IMG/VR virus record: IMGVR_UViG_2648501437_000004
Strand: one strand, 5' to 3'
Source of the DNA: a virus
Lineage: Duplodnaviria; Heunggongvirae; Uroviricota; Caudoviricetes
DNA: 35,403 bases
Under the pieces are notes generated by a model. The model did not search any database, was not told the origin of the DNA, and worked only from the letters and a program-made list of their open reading frames with translations. Shown one piece after another: positions 8,213-16,917 of the stretch (positions are counted from its first letter, which is position 1; each line of letters begins with the position of its first letter). The translations under genes were made by a program, and so were the position numbers.

Positions 8213-8887
8213 TTAGTACATGCGTAGCGCGGATTTGGCGATCCCCGCCACGTAATGGATTTTTTCAATGTTTTCGCGTGGTACTCTGACTGGTGGATGA
8301 TCTTCATTTACAGACATTAGATGGAACAGGCCATCGCGTTCGAACAAGAAGGTTTTAACCATGACCTCACCGTCCCGGGTAACCACAAGTACTTCATCAC
8401 CAGGAGTGTAGTCGTGGTTGGGTTCGACGATTACGAACTCACCCTCTTTGATTCTAGGCATCATTGAATCACCAACACATTTCAGGGCGTATGCATCTTC
8501 ATCCTTTGTCGGCCAGTATATGAAACCATCACTGCTACCTACTGAATATTGGGTGTCGCTCCAAAGTCCTCCAACGCCTAGCTGAGTGTTTCCCAAAACA
8601 GGTACTTTATTAAACCTAAGAGAAATATACGTTTTTATACCTGTCGCGTCCTCTTTCTCCATTTCTTGAAGGCTCCTTTCTGCCAGGTCTATTGGTGACA
8701 CGTGGAAGTAGTCGGCGATCTGCTTTAACGTTGCGTATTTCGGATCTTTCACCTCTCCTGATACCAGCCTGTGTAGCGTTGGTTGGTTCAGCTGTAACCG
8801 ACGTGCCAGCTCAGTTATCGAGCTTATCTTGGTTTTGTCCATCAGGTACTTGATGTTTTGAGAAAGGATATCGGTAGTATCAATCAT
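8213..8887 (-). CDS. cI: CI-like repressor (N-terminal HTH, C-terminal S24 LexA-like autopeptidase domain)
   Basis: 224 aa; HTH-like TELARRLQLNQPTLHRLVSGE; C-terminal S24 signature CVGDSMMP ... VLVV ... KTF with conserved Ser and Lys. Confidence 0.9.
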   Translation of the reverse strand: MIDTTDILSQNIKYLMDKTKISSITELARRLQLNQPTLHRLVSGEVKDPKYATLKQIADYFHVSPIDLAERSLQEMEKEDATGIKTYISLRFNKVPVLGNTQLGVGGLWSDTQYSVGSSDGFIYWPTKDEDAYALKCVGDSMMPRIKEGEFVIVEPNHDYTPGDEVLVVTRDGEVMVKTFLFERDGLFHLMSVNEDHPPVRVPRENIEKIHYVAGIAKSALRMY

Positions 8888-9028
8888 TTGGATTCATCCA
8901 TGTTGTATACAGGGACGGTGATTATGCGTTATCGGATATTTTAATACAGGATGATATAGAATTGCCGTATTGCTGAATAATCCGTTTTCGTATAAATTTG
9001 CGCTATAGACGAAAGTGGAGACTTAAAT
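8888..9028. promoter_or_regulatory. Divergent PRM/PR-like promoter-operator region between cI and cro-like gene
   Basis: 140-bp intergenic between divergent genes. Contains one copy of the 17-bp motif TATGCGTTATCGGATAT (8923-8939) shared with the PL region, ATACAGG repeats (8906, 8944), and -10-like TATAAA (8991-8996) upstream of the cro-like gene. Confidence 0.5.
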
Positions 9029-9229
9029 ATGTCCGGACTAACACCACAAGAGATGGTCAAAAGCTTGATTGATTCAGGGTATACCCAAAACCAAATTGCC
9101 GAAATTGCAGGCGTGAAGCAGTCTTCTATTAGTCGGCTTCTCACCGGGGTTCATTCTGACCCTCGCTTTTCTACAGTACGTGCGATAGAAAAGCTTTTTC
9201 AGGAAGTGACAGCTAGACAAAAGGCGTAA
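9029..9229 (+). CDS. Cro/CII-like small HTH regulator
   Basis: 66 aa, GGAG Shine-Dalgarno; HTH-like QNQIAEIAGVKQSSISRLLTG; first gene rightward from the immunity region. Confidence 0.7.
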   Translation: MSGLTPQEMVKSLIDSGYTQNQIAEIAGVKQSSISRLLTGVHSDPRFSTVRAIEKLFQEVTARQKA

Positions 9230-9232
9230 CCC

Positions 9233-11494
9233 ATGTCTGATAACAAACCATGGGGAGCTACGCCCGATGAGTGGTTCCACTTCGATCTGGTGTTGGGGAT
9301 GACAGACAGGCTTTTACCTGTGGTGTCCAATCCCTGTGCAGAACTGTCGCCTAATAGCAAGCTGTCTCATAATTTCGGCAAAACCCCCAGTCGCTACAAT
9401 GGCCAACGTAAGGTTGTTGGTATCCCCGACTGGGCTAACTATGTTGTTACGGAAAACGATTTTGCCCGGTGGTCGAACGAACCCGATTACGGTATTTGCG
9501 TTCGTACTGGCGACGGGGTGGTGGCTCTGGACTGCGATATCAATGACGCCGGGATGCAGGAGATCGTACGCAATATTATCCTATCATGCCTGGGGGAACT
9601 TCCGCCACGTCGCTGGCGGGCTGACAGTCATAAATGCCTGTACCTGATTGCTGTTGATGGCGACTACCGTAAACGTGGTCACCGCCTGGAAGGCGAAAAC
9701 AAACAAATAGAGCTGCTCGCTAAGGGCCAGCAGTTTGTGGCTTGTGGTACCCATCCGGCAGGCGAACGTATTCAGTGGGACAGCGGTTTGCCCGGCGAAC
9801 CTCTGAAAATTACATCTGAACAGCTCGAAAGCCTGTGGCAGCGTCTGGCGGATAACTTACCCGTGAAAGACAGCTATACCGCAGGTGCAGGACGTCAGCG
9901 TGACCTTTCCTGTGTTGATCCTTCCGCGACAGATGATGTCGCCGACTGGCTTGACGCGAACGGGTGGACTCTGTCAGTCAGCTCTGATGGTTCCCGCAAT
10001 CTGAAACCGTTTCGGGATGAGTCAGAATACAGCAACGGTTGCAGCGAAACATCCATTAAGTATTTTCCAAAAGGGACGGGGGGATTTGAACAGGGACATT
10101 TTAAAAGCATGCACAACACCGATGCGGGGCTTACTGATGCCGACTGGCTGGAAGGCTACGGCTATACGCAATCCCTGTTCGAAGATCTCACGGTGGCTGA
10201 AGATGGCGATAAGCCTGAATTTACCGATATTAATACAGATATGACAGCTCATTTTCTGGAACGCTTTATCTACGTCATCGAGGGTGACCAGGTATGTGAT
10301 CTTAGCCGACCGCCATATCAGTGCATGATGGATATGAAGTCGTTCAAAAACCTGATGGCGCCTTACCAGTTCCCGCCAGAAGGGAAAGGACAACCAACTC
10401 CCGCAACCAAACGGTGGATAGAGCATCGGCATAAGAAGATTGCTGAGACGACAGGCTATAAGCCCGGTGCGGGACGTATTATCGAGCGTTTCGACGGGCG
10501 GTTTGAGATAAACGAATTTTATATGCCTGAGCATCCACGTACAGCGGATACAAGTAAGGTGTCCACGTTCCTTAATCATATGGCGTATCTGGTACCTGAT
10601 GCCTGGCAGCGCGAGTTTTTCATCGCCCGTCTGGGGTGGATGGTTCAGCGTCCGGAGCGTCGATGCCCGATTTCTATTCTGCATGTGGCTACCGCACATG
10701 GTACGGGCAGAGGATGGGTCAGTCAGTTAATGGAGCGCGTGCTTGGCCCGTGGAACTGTGCTCGTACTCGCATGAAGATCCTGTGCGATAACCAGTTCCA
10801 TGACTATCTGTACAATACACTTCTATGCACCATTGACGAGGTGCGCGAAAACGATAAGCGGTATGAGGTGAACGATAAGATCCGTGACGTGCTGACAGAA
10901 CCACGGTTTGAAGTGAACCGCAAATATGGCAGCAAAAAAACGATGGATATATACACCGGCTTTCTGTTCTACACCAACCACTTTGATGCGCTGGCGCTGC
11001 CAGAGGAAGACCGACGTATAGCTGTGCTGGGGGGCCCTGACTTCGCCGCAACTGAAGAGCATTACGCCAGCCTGTACGGTGCGCTAAGCGACAGCGACTT
11101 TATCGCCCAGGTGTACTGGTATCTAATGGGCGTTGACCTGTCTCGCTTTAACTGGCAGCGCGCCCCCGAGACGAAAGAACGCCTTCTGATGATTGAAAGC
11201 AATAAGAGCGATGTGGAGGCTGCTCTTATTGAAATCCTGGATAATCCGCCTGTGCCAGCAATGACTTATCAACAAATTGTTAACGCAATACTGGCAGAAG
11301 CAGGAATGGATGTAGAAATTAACCAGAAGCATATTACTCGCATTTTGAAAGAAAGAACAAAGCGGGAACCCGTACGCGTAAAAATTGACGGGTTTGTATA
11401 TAGGATTTGGATTCTTGTAAAAAATAACGATTTCAGCAACGAAGAATTGCGCGAAATATATAAATCTTGCGAAATTTTGCAATCTGGATTGTAA
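9233..11494 (+). CDS. Primase-polymerase (PrimPol-like) replication initiation protein with C-terminal P4/D5-like region
   Basis: 753 aa; N-terminal prim-pol-like motifs YGICVRTGDGVVALDCDIND and CGTHPAGERIQW; the P-loop-like stretch HGTGRGW lacks the canonical Lys. Immediately followed by the iteron region. Confidence 0.6.
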   Translation: MSDNKPWGATPDEWFHFDLVLGMTDRLLPVVSNPCAELSPNSKLSHNFGKTPSRYNGQRKVVGIPDWANYVVTENDFARWSNEPDYGICVRTGDGVVALDCDINDAGMQEIVRNIILSCLGELPPRRWRADSHKCLYLIAVDGDYRKRGHRLEGENKQIELLAKGQQFVACGTHPAGERIQWDSGLPGEPLKITSEQLESLWQRLADNLPVKDSYTAGAGRQRDLSCVDPSATDDVADWLDANGWTLSVSSDGSRNLKPFRDESEYSNGCSETSIKYFPKGTGGFEQGHFKSMHNTDAGLTDADWLEGYGYTQSLFEDLTVAEDGDKPEFTDINTDMTAHFLERFIYVIEGDQVCDLSRPPYQCMMDMKSFKNLMAPYQFPPEGKGQPTPATKRWIEHRHKKIAETTGYKPGAGRIIERFDGRFEINEFYMPEHPRTADTSKVSTFLNHMAYLVPDAWQREFFIARLGWMVQRPERRCPISILHVATAHGTGRGWVSQLMERVLGPWNCARTRMKILCDNQFHDYLYNTLLCTIDEVRENDKRYEVNDKIRDVLTEPRFEVNRKYGSKKTMDIYTGFLFYTNHFDALALPEEDRRIAVLGGPDFAATEEHYASLYGALSDSDFIAQVYWYLMGVDLSRFNWQRAPETKERLLMIESNKSDVEAALIEILDNPPVPAMTYQQIVNAILAEAGMDVEINQKHITRILKERTKREPVRVKIDGFVYRIWILVKNNDFSNEELREIYKSCEILQSGL

Positions 11495-11497
11495 AAA

Positions 11498-11762
11498 GGT
11501 GACGGCTAGGTGACGGCAAAACGCTTAAGCGTCACCTTAAAAAGTATATATAAAACAATGGGGAATGTGCTAAAGGTGACAGGTGACGGCAGAATTTAAA
11601 ACTATATACGCGAGAGTGTGTATTTTAGGTATTATACGATCGCTTATATATATATAGAACTAAAATCAACCGTCACCTGTCACCTAAAACATCTTCAGGC
11701 TTTATATGGCGCGCTTTGCAGCAGGTGACGGATATGTAATTACGCGTCACCTAGCCGTCACC
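11498..11762. repeat. Iteron cluster with AT-rich core: putative phage origin of replication
   Basis: Ten copies of core GGTGAC/GTCACC (mostly GGTGACGG/CCGTCACC): forward at 11498, 11509, 11575, 11582, 11724; reverse at 11531, 11672, 11679, 11746, 11757. They flank AT-rich tracts 11541-11560 and 11611-11668 (tatatatatatag). Confidence 0.6.
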
Positions 11763-11811
11763 CGGAAATTAACTTGCAAATATTTGCAAATAACTAGCTG
11801 GAGTAAACAAC

Positions 11812-12042
11812 ATGAAAGTTTCAGGATTAAAAAATCATATCGACGGAAATAACGAAATTACCTGCCCACGCTGCGCTAGTAACAGCGTGTTTATTCGCGA
11901 TGTCGCCATGCGAGCGCATAAACACGACAAAACGGTAGTTATTGACCTCGGCTGCTCTGTTTGCGACGACAATTTCCAGCTTGTGTTATCTGACGGGCCA
12001 AACGTCAGTGTTAGCGGCCACCTGACATTCAACGAGTATTGA
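11812..12042 (+). CDS. Small hypothetical protein with Cys4 zinc-ribbon-like motif
   Basis: 76 aa, GGAG Shine-Dalgarno; CPRC ... CSVC. Confidence 0.5.
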   Translation: MKVSGLKNHIDGNNEITCPRCASNSVFIRDVAMRAHKHDKTVVIDLGCSVCDDNFQLVLSDGPNVSVSGHLTFNEY

Positions 12043-12087
12043 GTAGTAGAAAATTTCCAAACGTAGCAAAACGTAGAGGTCAGAGCT

Positions 12088-12510
12088 ATGCGTAATATTC
12101 AACAGGTTTTAGAGCGCTGGGGTGGCTGGGCAGCGAGTGAAGGTGGTAGCGTCTACTTTCCTCCTGTTGCAGCCGGGTTTAAGAATCTGCTACCCGCGAC
12201 GCAGTCTGGAAGGCTGAAATGCAGTGACAATGACGGTCTTATCATCAACTCCGCTATGAGCTGCCTGAAGAAAAAAGATCCGTATCTGTGCACGCTCCTT
12301 GAGTGGCATTACGTCCAGGCCATGCCCGTGCGGGCGATGGGTGAGAAGCTCGGCGTATCTCACACCCACGTTCTGAAGAGGCTTCAGGCGGCAGAGGGAT
12401 TTATTGACGGTTGCTTAGCCATGCTGGATGTGGTGCTCGAAATGGATCAGTCGGTTCAGTCAAAGCCTCAGGCTATCAGGACTTTGCGTAGGAGCTGCTC
12501 GGCGGCATAA
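12088..12510 (+). CDS. Q: Late-gene antiterminator Q (phage 82 / PF06530-type)
   Basis: N-terminus MRNIQQVLERWGGWAASEGG and overall pattern match recalled phage-82-type Q proteins; positioned just upstream of the lysis cassette. Confidence 0.8.
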   Translation: MRNIQQVLERWGGWAASEGGSVYFPPVAAGFKNLLPATQSGRLKCSDNDGLIINSAMSCLKKKDPYLCTLLEWHYVQAMPVRAMGEKLGVSHTHVLKRLQAAEGFIDGCLAMLDVVLEMDQSVQSKPQAIRTLRRSCSAA

Positions 12511-12541
12511 TATCCAGCAATCAATCACGTAAGGGAACCAG

Positions 12542-12883
12542 ATGGCTCTGATCAGCGTTCGCAACAGATTTGAAAGCTTCATGGAACAGAGGTACCCAGA
12601 CCTGTCGTTGCAGGTCAAAGGTAATATTGGCGCATCAATGAAGGCTCAACTTGGCATCAGGATTGAACGAGAATTGTACAGTGAAGATGTTACTTACTGT
12701 GATTCAGCAGTTCAGTTGATGTGGACACTCTTTCAGGCAGGTGTTCTGGCCGAACGAAGAGCTACCAGCGTTACGCTTCCTGCGCTGAAGGCAAAGCCGG
12801 ATAGCTTCTACGATGCGGGTTATAACGAAGGTATTCAGGACTGTCGTAAACATCTGACGGCATCAGGCATCAAGGTAAGATAA
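12542..12883 (+). CDS. Hypothetical protein between Q and the lysis genes
   Basis: 113 aa, AAGGGA Shine-Dalgarno, normal composition; no family recognised. Confidence 0.5.
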   Translation: MALISVRNRFESFMEQRYPDLSLQVKGNIGASMKAQLGIRIERELYSEDVTYCDSAVQLMWTLFQAGVLAERRATSVTLPALKAKPDSFYDAGYNEGIQDCRKHLTASGIKVR

Positions 12884-12945
12884 AAAATAGTTGTGGAATT
12901 CCAAAAAGCCGATTAGCCTGATATCTGTTGAAAACAGTTCATCAC

Positions 12946-12972
12946 GAAGAGGCTTCCGCAAGGGGGCCTTTT
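12946..12972 (+). terminator. Possible intrinsic terminator after ORF 12542-12883
   Basis: aagaggc ... gcctttt imperfect stem (one G-U pair) with a 13-nt loop, followed by TTTTTT. Confidence 0.3.
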
Positions 12973-13204
12973 TTATTGCCCCATTCTGGGGAAAAGTTAA
13001 TAAAACAGGGCTTTCGCTGCGAAAAAACGCTATGCAGTTTTTGCCCTTTTTTATGCACCTTTTATTCACTCGAATTTCGTCATTCTGGACCACTTAAGTT
13101 GATTAAATAGGCCTTTCATCGCAAATCTATTGCGAGCGGGGATCGTGTGGTTCCTATAACGTACATTATGTTAAATAACCTCCTTTTTTAACAAATTTAA
13201 CAAG

Positions 13205-13227
13205 GTTCGCTATGGCGAACTTTTTTT
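13205..13227 (+). terminator. Intrinsic terminator upstream of holin (tR'-like)
   Basis: Perfect hairpin gttcgc-tatg-gcgaac followed by TTTTTTT. Confidence 0.7.
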
Positions 13228-13328
13228 GTATTCAGGGCCCACCGAAGGACGGCTCATAACCCAATCCTACGGGCGTATACGCAGGGCCCGCCTTTCAACA
13301 ACACCCCGTAATGGCGGAGGTGGGAAGT

Positions 13329-13670
13329 ATGAAAATGCACAATGCTCCTCATTCCTGGCCTGACTTACTGGAACTCTTACAAAGTTGGTGGCGTGGAGAT
13401 ACGCCGTTGGGCGCAGTGGTTATGTCAATTGTTATGGCTGGCTTGCGCATTGCCTATTTTGGCGGTGGCGGCGGCTGGAAACGAAAAACGCTTGAGATTT
13501 TGCTCTGTGGTGCTCTGACGCTGACTTTTGCATCCGCTCTTGAGTATGTCGGATGGCCTAAATCGCTTTCTGTTGCCATTGGTGGTGGTGTTGGGCTGAT
13601 CGGTGTCGATGCTATTCGTGGGGCTGCAATGCGAGTAATCGGTAACAAGTTTGGTGGCTCTAAGGAGTAA
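13329..13670 (+). CDS. Holin (lambda S-like, three predicted TM segments) with dual-start Met-Lys-Met motif
   Basis: GGAGGTG Shine-Dalgarno 7 nt before ATG 13329; the protein begins MKMHNAP; three hydrophobic segments; directly precedes the endolysin. The upstream ATG at 13311 has no Shine-Dalgarno. Confidence 0.7.
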   Translation: MKMHNAPHSWPDLLELLQSWWRGDTPLGAVVMSIVMAGLRIAYFGGGGGWKRKTLEILLCGALTLTFASALEYVGWPKSLSVAIGGGVGLIGVDAIRGAAMRVIGNKFGGSKE

Positions 13671-13673
13671 TTC

Positions 13674-14150
13674 ATGCAGACACTAAATTCCCAACGTAAA
13701 GCTTTCCTGGATATGGTGGCATGGTCAGAAGGAACGGATAACGGGCGACAACCGACACGTAATCACGGTTATGACGTTATCGTCGGAGGTGAGTTGTTCA
13801 CTGATTACTCCGATCACCCTCGCAAACTTGTCACGCTAAACCCGAAGCTTAAATCAACAGCCGCAGGCCGGTATCAGCTTCTTTCACGCTGGTGGGATGC
13901 CTACTGTAAGCAGCTTGGCCTGAAAGATTTTTCGCCAGAAAGTCAGGACGCTGTGGCGCTGCAGCAGATTAAAGAGCGTGGCGCTTTACCGATGATTGAC
14001 CGTGGCGATATTCGTCAGGCAATCGACCGTTGCAGCAATATCTGGGCGTCGTTACCTGGTGCAGGTTACGGTCAGTATGAACATAAAATCGGTGACCTGA
14101 TTTCCAGGTTTAAAGATGCTGGTGGGGTGGTAAATGAAGCTGACTTATAA
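13674..14150 (+). CDS. R: Endolysin, lambda R-type lytic transglycosylase
   Basis: 158 aa; near-identity over most of its length to the lambda R sequence as recalled (QRKAFLDM.AWSEGTDNGRQ.TRNHGYDVIVGGELFTDYSDHPRKLVTLNPKLKST...); AAGGAG Shine-Dalgarno. Confidence 0.9.
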   Translation: MQTLNSQRKAFLDMVAWSEGTDNGRQPTRNHGYDVIVGGELFTDYSDHPRKLVTLNPKLKSTAAGRYQLLSRWWDAYCKQLGLKDFSPESQDAVALQQIKERGALPMIDRGDIRQAIDRCSNIWASLPGAGYGQYEHKIGDLISRFKDAGGVVNEADL

Positions 14151-14658
14151 GATTGTCATCGCGGCATTTTTCTTCTCTGCCTTTGGGGCGCTCGTCTGGT
14201 CTGCAAACCATTACCACAGCAAGTATCAGGCAGAAAAGTTGCGGGCTGATAAAGCGGAAGGTGAAGCTGAATATCAAGGGAAAGTGATAGCTAATCAGGC
14301 ATTAAACTTCAATCGTTTTAACCAGATAGCAGAAAACGCAAGCCGATTAAATTCTCTGGTCGACATCGGTCACGAGAAGACAGTCATCAAATACCGTGAG
14401 GTTCTGCTCCGTGAAAAGAACTGTGATTTCCCTGTTCCTGTTGATATTGCTGTCGGGTTGCTCAACTACGCGAACCGTTTACGCGCCAGCGCATTGCACG
14501 CCGATTCCGGGGACATTGACTCAGCCGGTGATCGTGCCACTACCACCAGAACGTTGACATATTGCCAGGCTGTTCTGTGGATTAACCCATTGTTGGCTGC
14601 CATCGAGAAGGCGAATAACCAGTTGGCTGGTGTCCGACAAATAGAACAGTCCCGGTAA
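14134..14658 (+). CDS. Rz: Rz-like inner-membrane spanin (i-spanin)
   Basis: N-terminal TM helix IVIAAFFFSAFGALVWS then coiled-coil-like periplasmic domain; overlaps endolysin stop; contains embedded Rz1. Confidence 0.75.
   Translation: MKLTYKIVIAAFFFSAFGALVWSANHYHSKYQAEKLRADKAEGEAEYQGKVIANQALNFNRFNQIAENASRLNSLVDIGHEKTVIKYREVLLREKNCDFPVPVDIAVGLLNYANRLRASALHADSGDIDSAGDRATTTRTLTYCQAVLWINPLLAAIEKANNQLAGVRQIEQSR
14411..14557 (+). CDS. Rz1: Rz1-like outer-membrane lipoprotein spanin (o-spanin), embedded in +1 frame of Rz
   Basis: GTG start with GAGG 9 nt upstream; 48 aa VKRTVISLFLLILLSGCSTTRTVYAPAHCTPIPGTLTQPVIVPLPPER; lipobox LSGC; Pro-rich mature part. Confidence 0.6.
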   Translation: MKRTVISLFLLILLSGCSTTRTVYAPAHCTPIPGTLTQPVIVPLPPER

Positions 14659-14719
14659 TAGCATTACAGAAGCTCTTCCAGGAGGGGCTTCGATAATGAC
14701 CTGATAACTGGAAAATAAA

Positions 14720-15292
14720 ATGACTAAGAAGCTGAAAGCAAAACACGAGGTGTTTTGTCGCGAGTTTCTTGTCGATCTGAATGCTACACAAGCAGCTATT
14801 CGCGCAGGCTACGTCTCCAGTCGAGCACATGTTACGGGGGCTGAACTATACGGTAAACCTGAGATACGCGCCCGTATTAACGAGCTAAAGCAGGAGCGTA
14901 TTGATCAACTGGGCATTGATGCGAATTATGTGCTGATGCGACTGGTTGAGATCGACAGGCTCGATGTGGCTGACATCCTGGAGGACGATTTAAGTATTAA
15001 GCCTCTGTCTGCGTGGCCGGAATCGTGGCGTCGGTACCTGAGTGGATTTAACCTCGCTGAAATGTTTGAGGGGCGAGGAGATGACAGAGAAATGGTCGGG
15101 ATCCTTAAAAAGATTAAGTGGCCTGATAAGGTTAAAAACCTTGAGTTGCTTGGGCGTCATGTTTCTGTTCAGGCGTTTAAAGACAACGTCAAAAATGAAG
15201 TGACTGGCGCTGATGGAGGACCCGTCAGAACAGAAATTACCAACTTAACGCCGGAGCAGGCTGCAGAGGCGTATAGAAAAATGATGGGCTAA
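14720..15292 (+). CDS. Terminase small subunit
   Basis: N-terminus [31 protein letters not shown] matches small-terminase (Terminase_2) N-termini; immediately upstream of the large subunit. Confidence 0.8.
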   Translation: MTKKLKAKHEVFCREFLVDLNATQAAIRAGYVSSRAHVTGAELYGKPEIRARINELKQERIDQLGIDANYVLMRLVEIDRLDVADILEDDLSIKPLSAWPESWRRYLSGFNLAEMFEGRGDDREMVGILKKIKWPDKVKNLELLGRHVSVQAFKDNVKNEVTGADGGPVRTEITNLTPEQAAEAYRKMMG

Positions 15293-15294
15293 GT

Positions 15295-16917
15295 ATGCCG
15301 TTACCATTCCCCTTCGATTTTAAACATCCTGATTACCAGATGGTTTTTGAATGGCGGATGGAACGCCTACAGCGCATTCGCCAGAATCCTGAAATATTGC
15401 CCGTATTGAAGCAGTTTTACCGAACCAATCCGGCTCAGTTCATCATCGACTGGGGCATGACAACGGACCCGCGTAATATTGATTATGGCCTGCCGGTGAC
15501 CATTCCGTTTTTACTCTTCCCTAAGCAGGAGGAGTGGATCCACTGGATTATGGAACGCTGGGGCAATCGGGAGAATGGTATTACCGAAAAATCCCGTGAA
15601 ATGGGGCTCAGTTGGACCGCGATCGGACTGGCCTGCTCGCTTTGTCTCTTCAACAAAGAAATGGTTATCGGTTTCGGCTCCCGTAAAGAGGAATACGTCG
15701 ACAGCACTGGTGACCCGAAAGCATTGTTCTGGAAGGCACGCAAGTTCGTGGAAACGCTACCTGTAGAGTTTCGCGGTTCGTGGAGTGAGAAGAAGCACGC
15801 GCCATATATGCGTGTTGAGTTTCCTGAAACTGGTGCCGTTATCAAAGGCGAGGCTGGCGATAATATTGGTCGTGGTGACCGTACCACGCTTTATCTGGTT
15901 GATGAGGCTGCATTCCTTCAGCGTCCTCTGCTGATTGATGCGGCGTTGTCACAAACGACGCGTTGCCGTATCGACCTGAGTTCAGTTAACGGCATGGCTA
16001 ACCCGTTCGCTCAGAAGCGTCATGGCGGGAAGATACCGGTATTCACATTCCACTGGCGGGATGATCCTCGCAAGGATGAAGAGTGGTATCGCAGGGAATG
16101 CGAGAAAATCGATAATCCGGTGGTGGTGGCACAGGAACTTGATCTGAACTACAGCGCATCAGCGGAAGGCGTTCTGATTCCATCCGAATGGGTACAGGCT
16201 GCCGTTGATGCGCATATCAAACTGGGTATCCAGCCAACAGGCAAACGACTTGGCGCGATGGATGTCGCCGACGAAGGCAGGGACAAAAATGCCTTTTCCA
16301 CCCGTCATGGCTTCCTCCTGGAAAATGTGCGGGAATGGTCCGGTGTGGGCAGCGACATTTATCAGTCCGTCGAGAAGGTTTTCGGCTTTTGCGAACAGGA
16401 CAACCTCGAAGAGTTTCGCTTTGACGAGGACGGGCTGGGCGCTGGCGTTCGCGGCGATGCACGCGCTATCAACGAACTGCGTAACGCTGCGCGTCGACCG
16501 TCAATACTTGCCACACCGTTTCGAGGTAGTGGCGCGGTATTTGATCCGGATGATGAAGCTGTTCGCGGGGACAACGGGCAAGCAGCACGTCTGAACAAGG
16601 ACTTCTTCGCTAACGCCAAAGCCCAGAGCTGGTGGCGGTTACGTAAACTTTTTCAGAATACCTGGCGCGCCGTGGTTGAAGGTATGGCTTACAACCCGGA
16701 CGAAATCATCTCAATCAGCAGTAGCATGGCACTCAAAGATAAACTCATCATCGAGCTTTCGCAGCCGACCTATTCCATTAATGGTGTGGGAAAAATCGTT
16801 ATTGATAAACAGCCTGATGGAACCCGATCGCCAAACCTTGCCGACTCGGTGATGATCAACTATGCCCCAATGAATTCAGCCCTGAACATCTGGGAGCTGC
16901 TAGGGAGACAGGCCTGA
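15295..16917 (+). CDS. Terminase large subunit
   Basis: 540 aa; Walker-B-like LYLVDEAAF; follows the small subunit and precedes portal. Confidence 0.8.
   Translation: MPLPFPFDFKHPDYQMVFEWRMERLQRIRQNPEILPVLKQFYRTNPAQFIIDWGMTTDPRNIDYGLPVTIPFLLFPKQEEWIHWIMERWGNRENGITEKSREMGLSWTAIGLACSLCLFNKEMVIGFGSRKEEYVDSTGDPKALFWKARKFVETLPVEFRGSWSEKKHAPYMRVEFPETGAVIKGEAGDNIGRGDRTTLYLVDEAAFLQRPLLIDAALSQTTRCRIDLSSVNGMANPFAQKRHGGKIPVFTFHWRDDPRKDEEWYRRECEKIDNPVVVAQELDLNYSASAEGVLIPSEWVQAAVDAHIKLGIQPTGKRLGAMDVADEGRDKNAFSTRHGFLLENVREWSGVGSDIYQSVEKVFGFCEQDNLEEFRFDEDGLGAGVRGDARAINELRNAARRPSILATPFRGSGAVFDPDDEAVRGDNGQAARLNKDFFANAKAQSWWRLRKLFQNTWRAVVEGMAYNPDEIISISSSMALKDKLIIELSQPTYSINGVGKIVIDKQPDGTRSPNLADSVMINYAPMNSALNIWELLGRQA

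Noticed and set aside
10022-10699. 225-aa minus-strand ORF inside the primase-polymerase gene
   Set aside because: Entirely antisense to a 753-aa ORF with recognisable prim-pol motifs; Arg/Cys-rich artefact-like translation.
11498-11762. Possible CRISPR array suggested by repeated GGTGACGG units
   Set aside because: Repeats are only 6-8 bp, occur in both orientations with irregular spacing and AT-rich tracts, and no cas genes are present; an iteron origin fits better.
12884-13310. Search for tRNA genes or toxin cargo in the Q-to-holin interval, as in Stx phages
   Set aside because: No tRNA-like cloverleaf or T-loop motif and no ORF beyond the 113-aa gene; the interval holds only terminator-like hairpins and short repeats.
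13311-13328. Track start of the holin ORF at 13311
   Set aside because: No Shine-Dalgarno precedes it, whereas GGAGGTG sits at ideal spacing before ATG 13329, which also gives the Met-Lys-Met dual-start motif.
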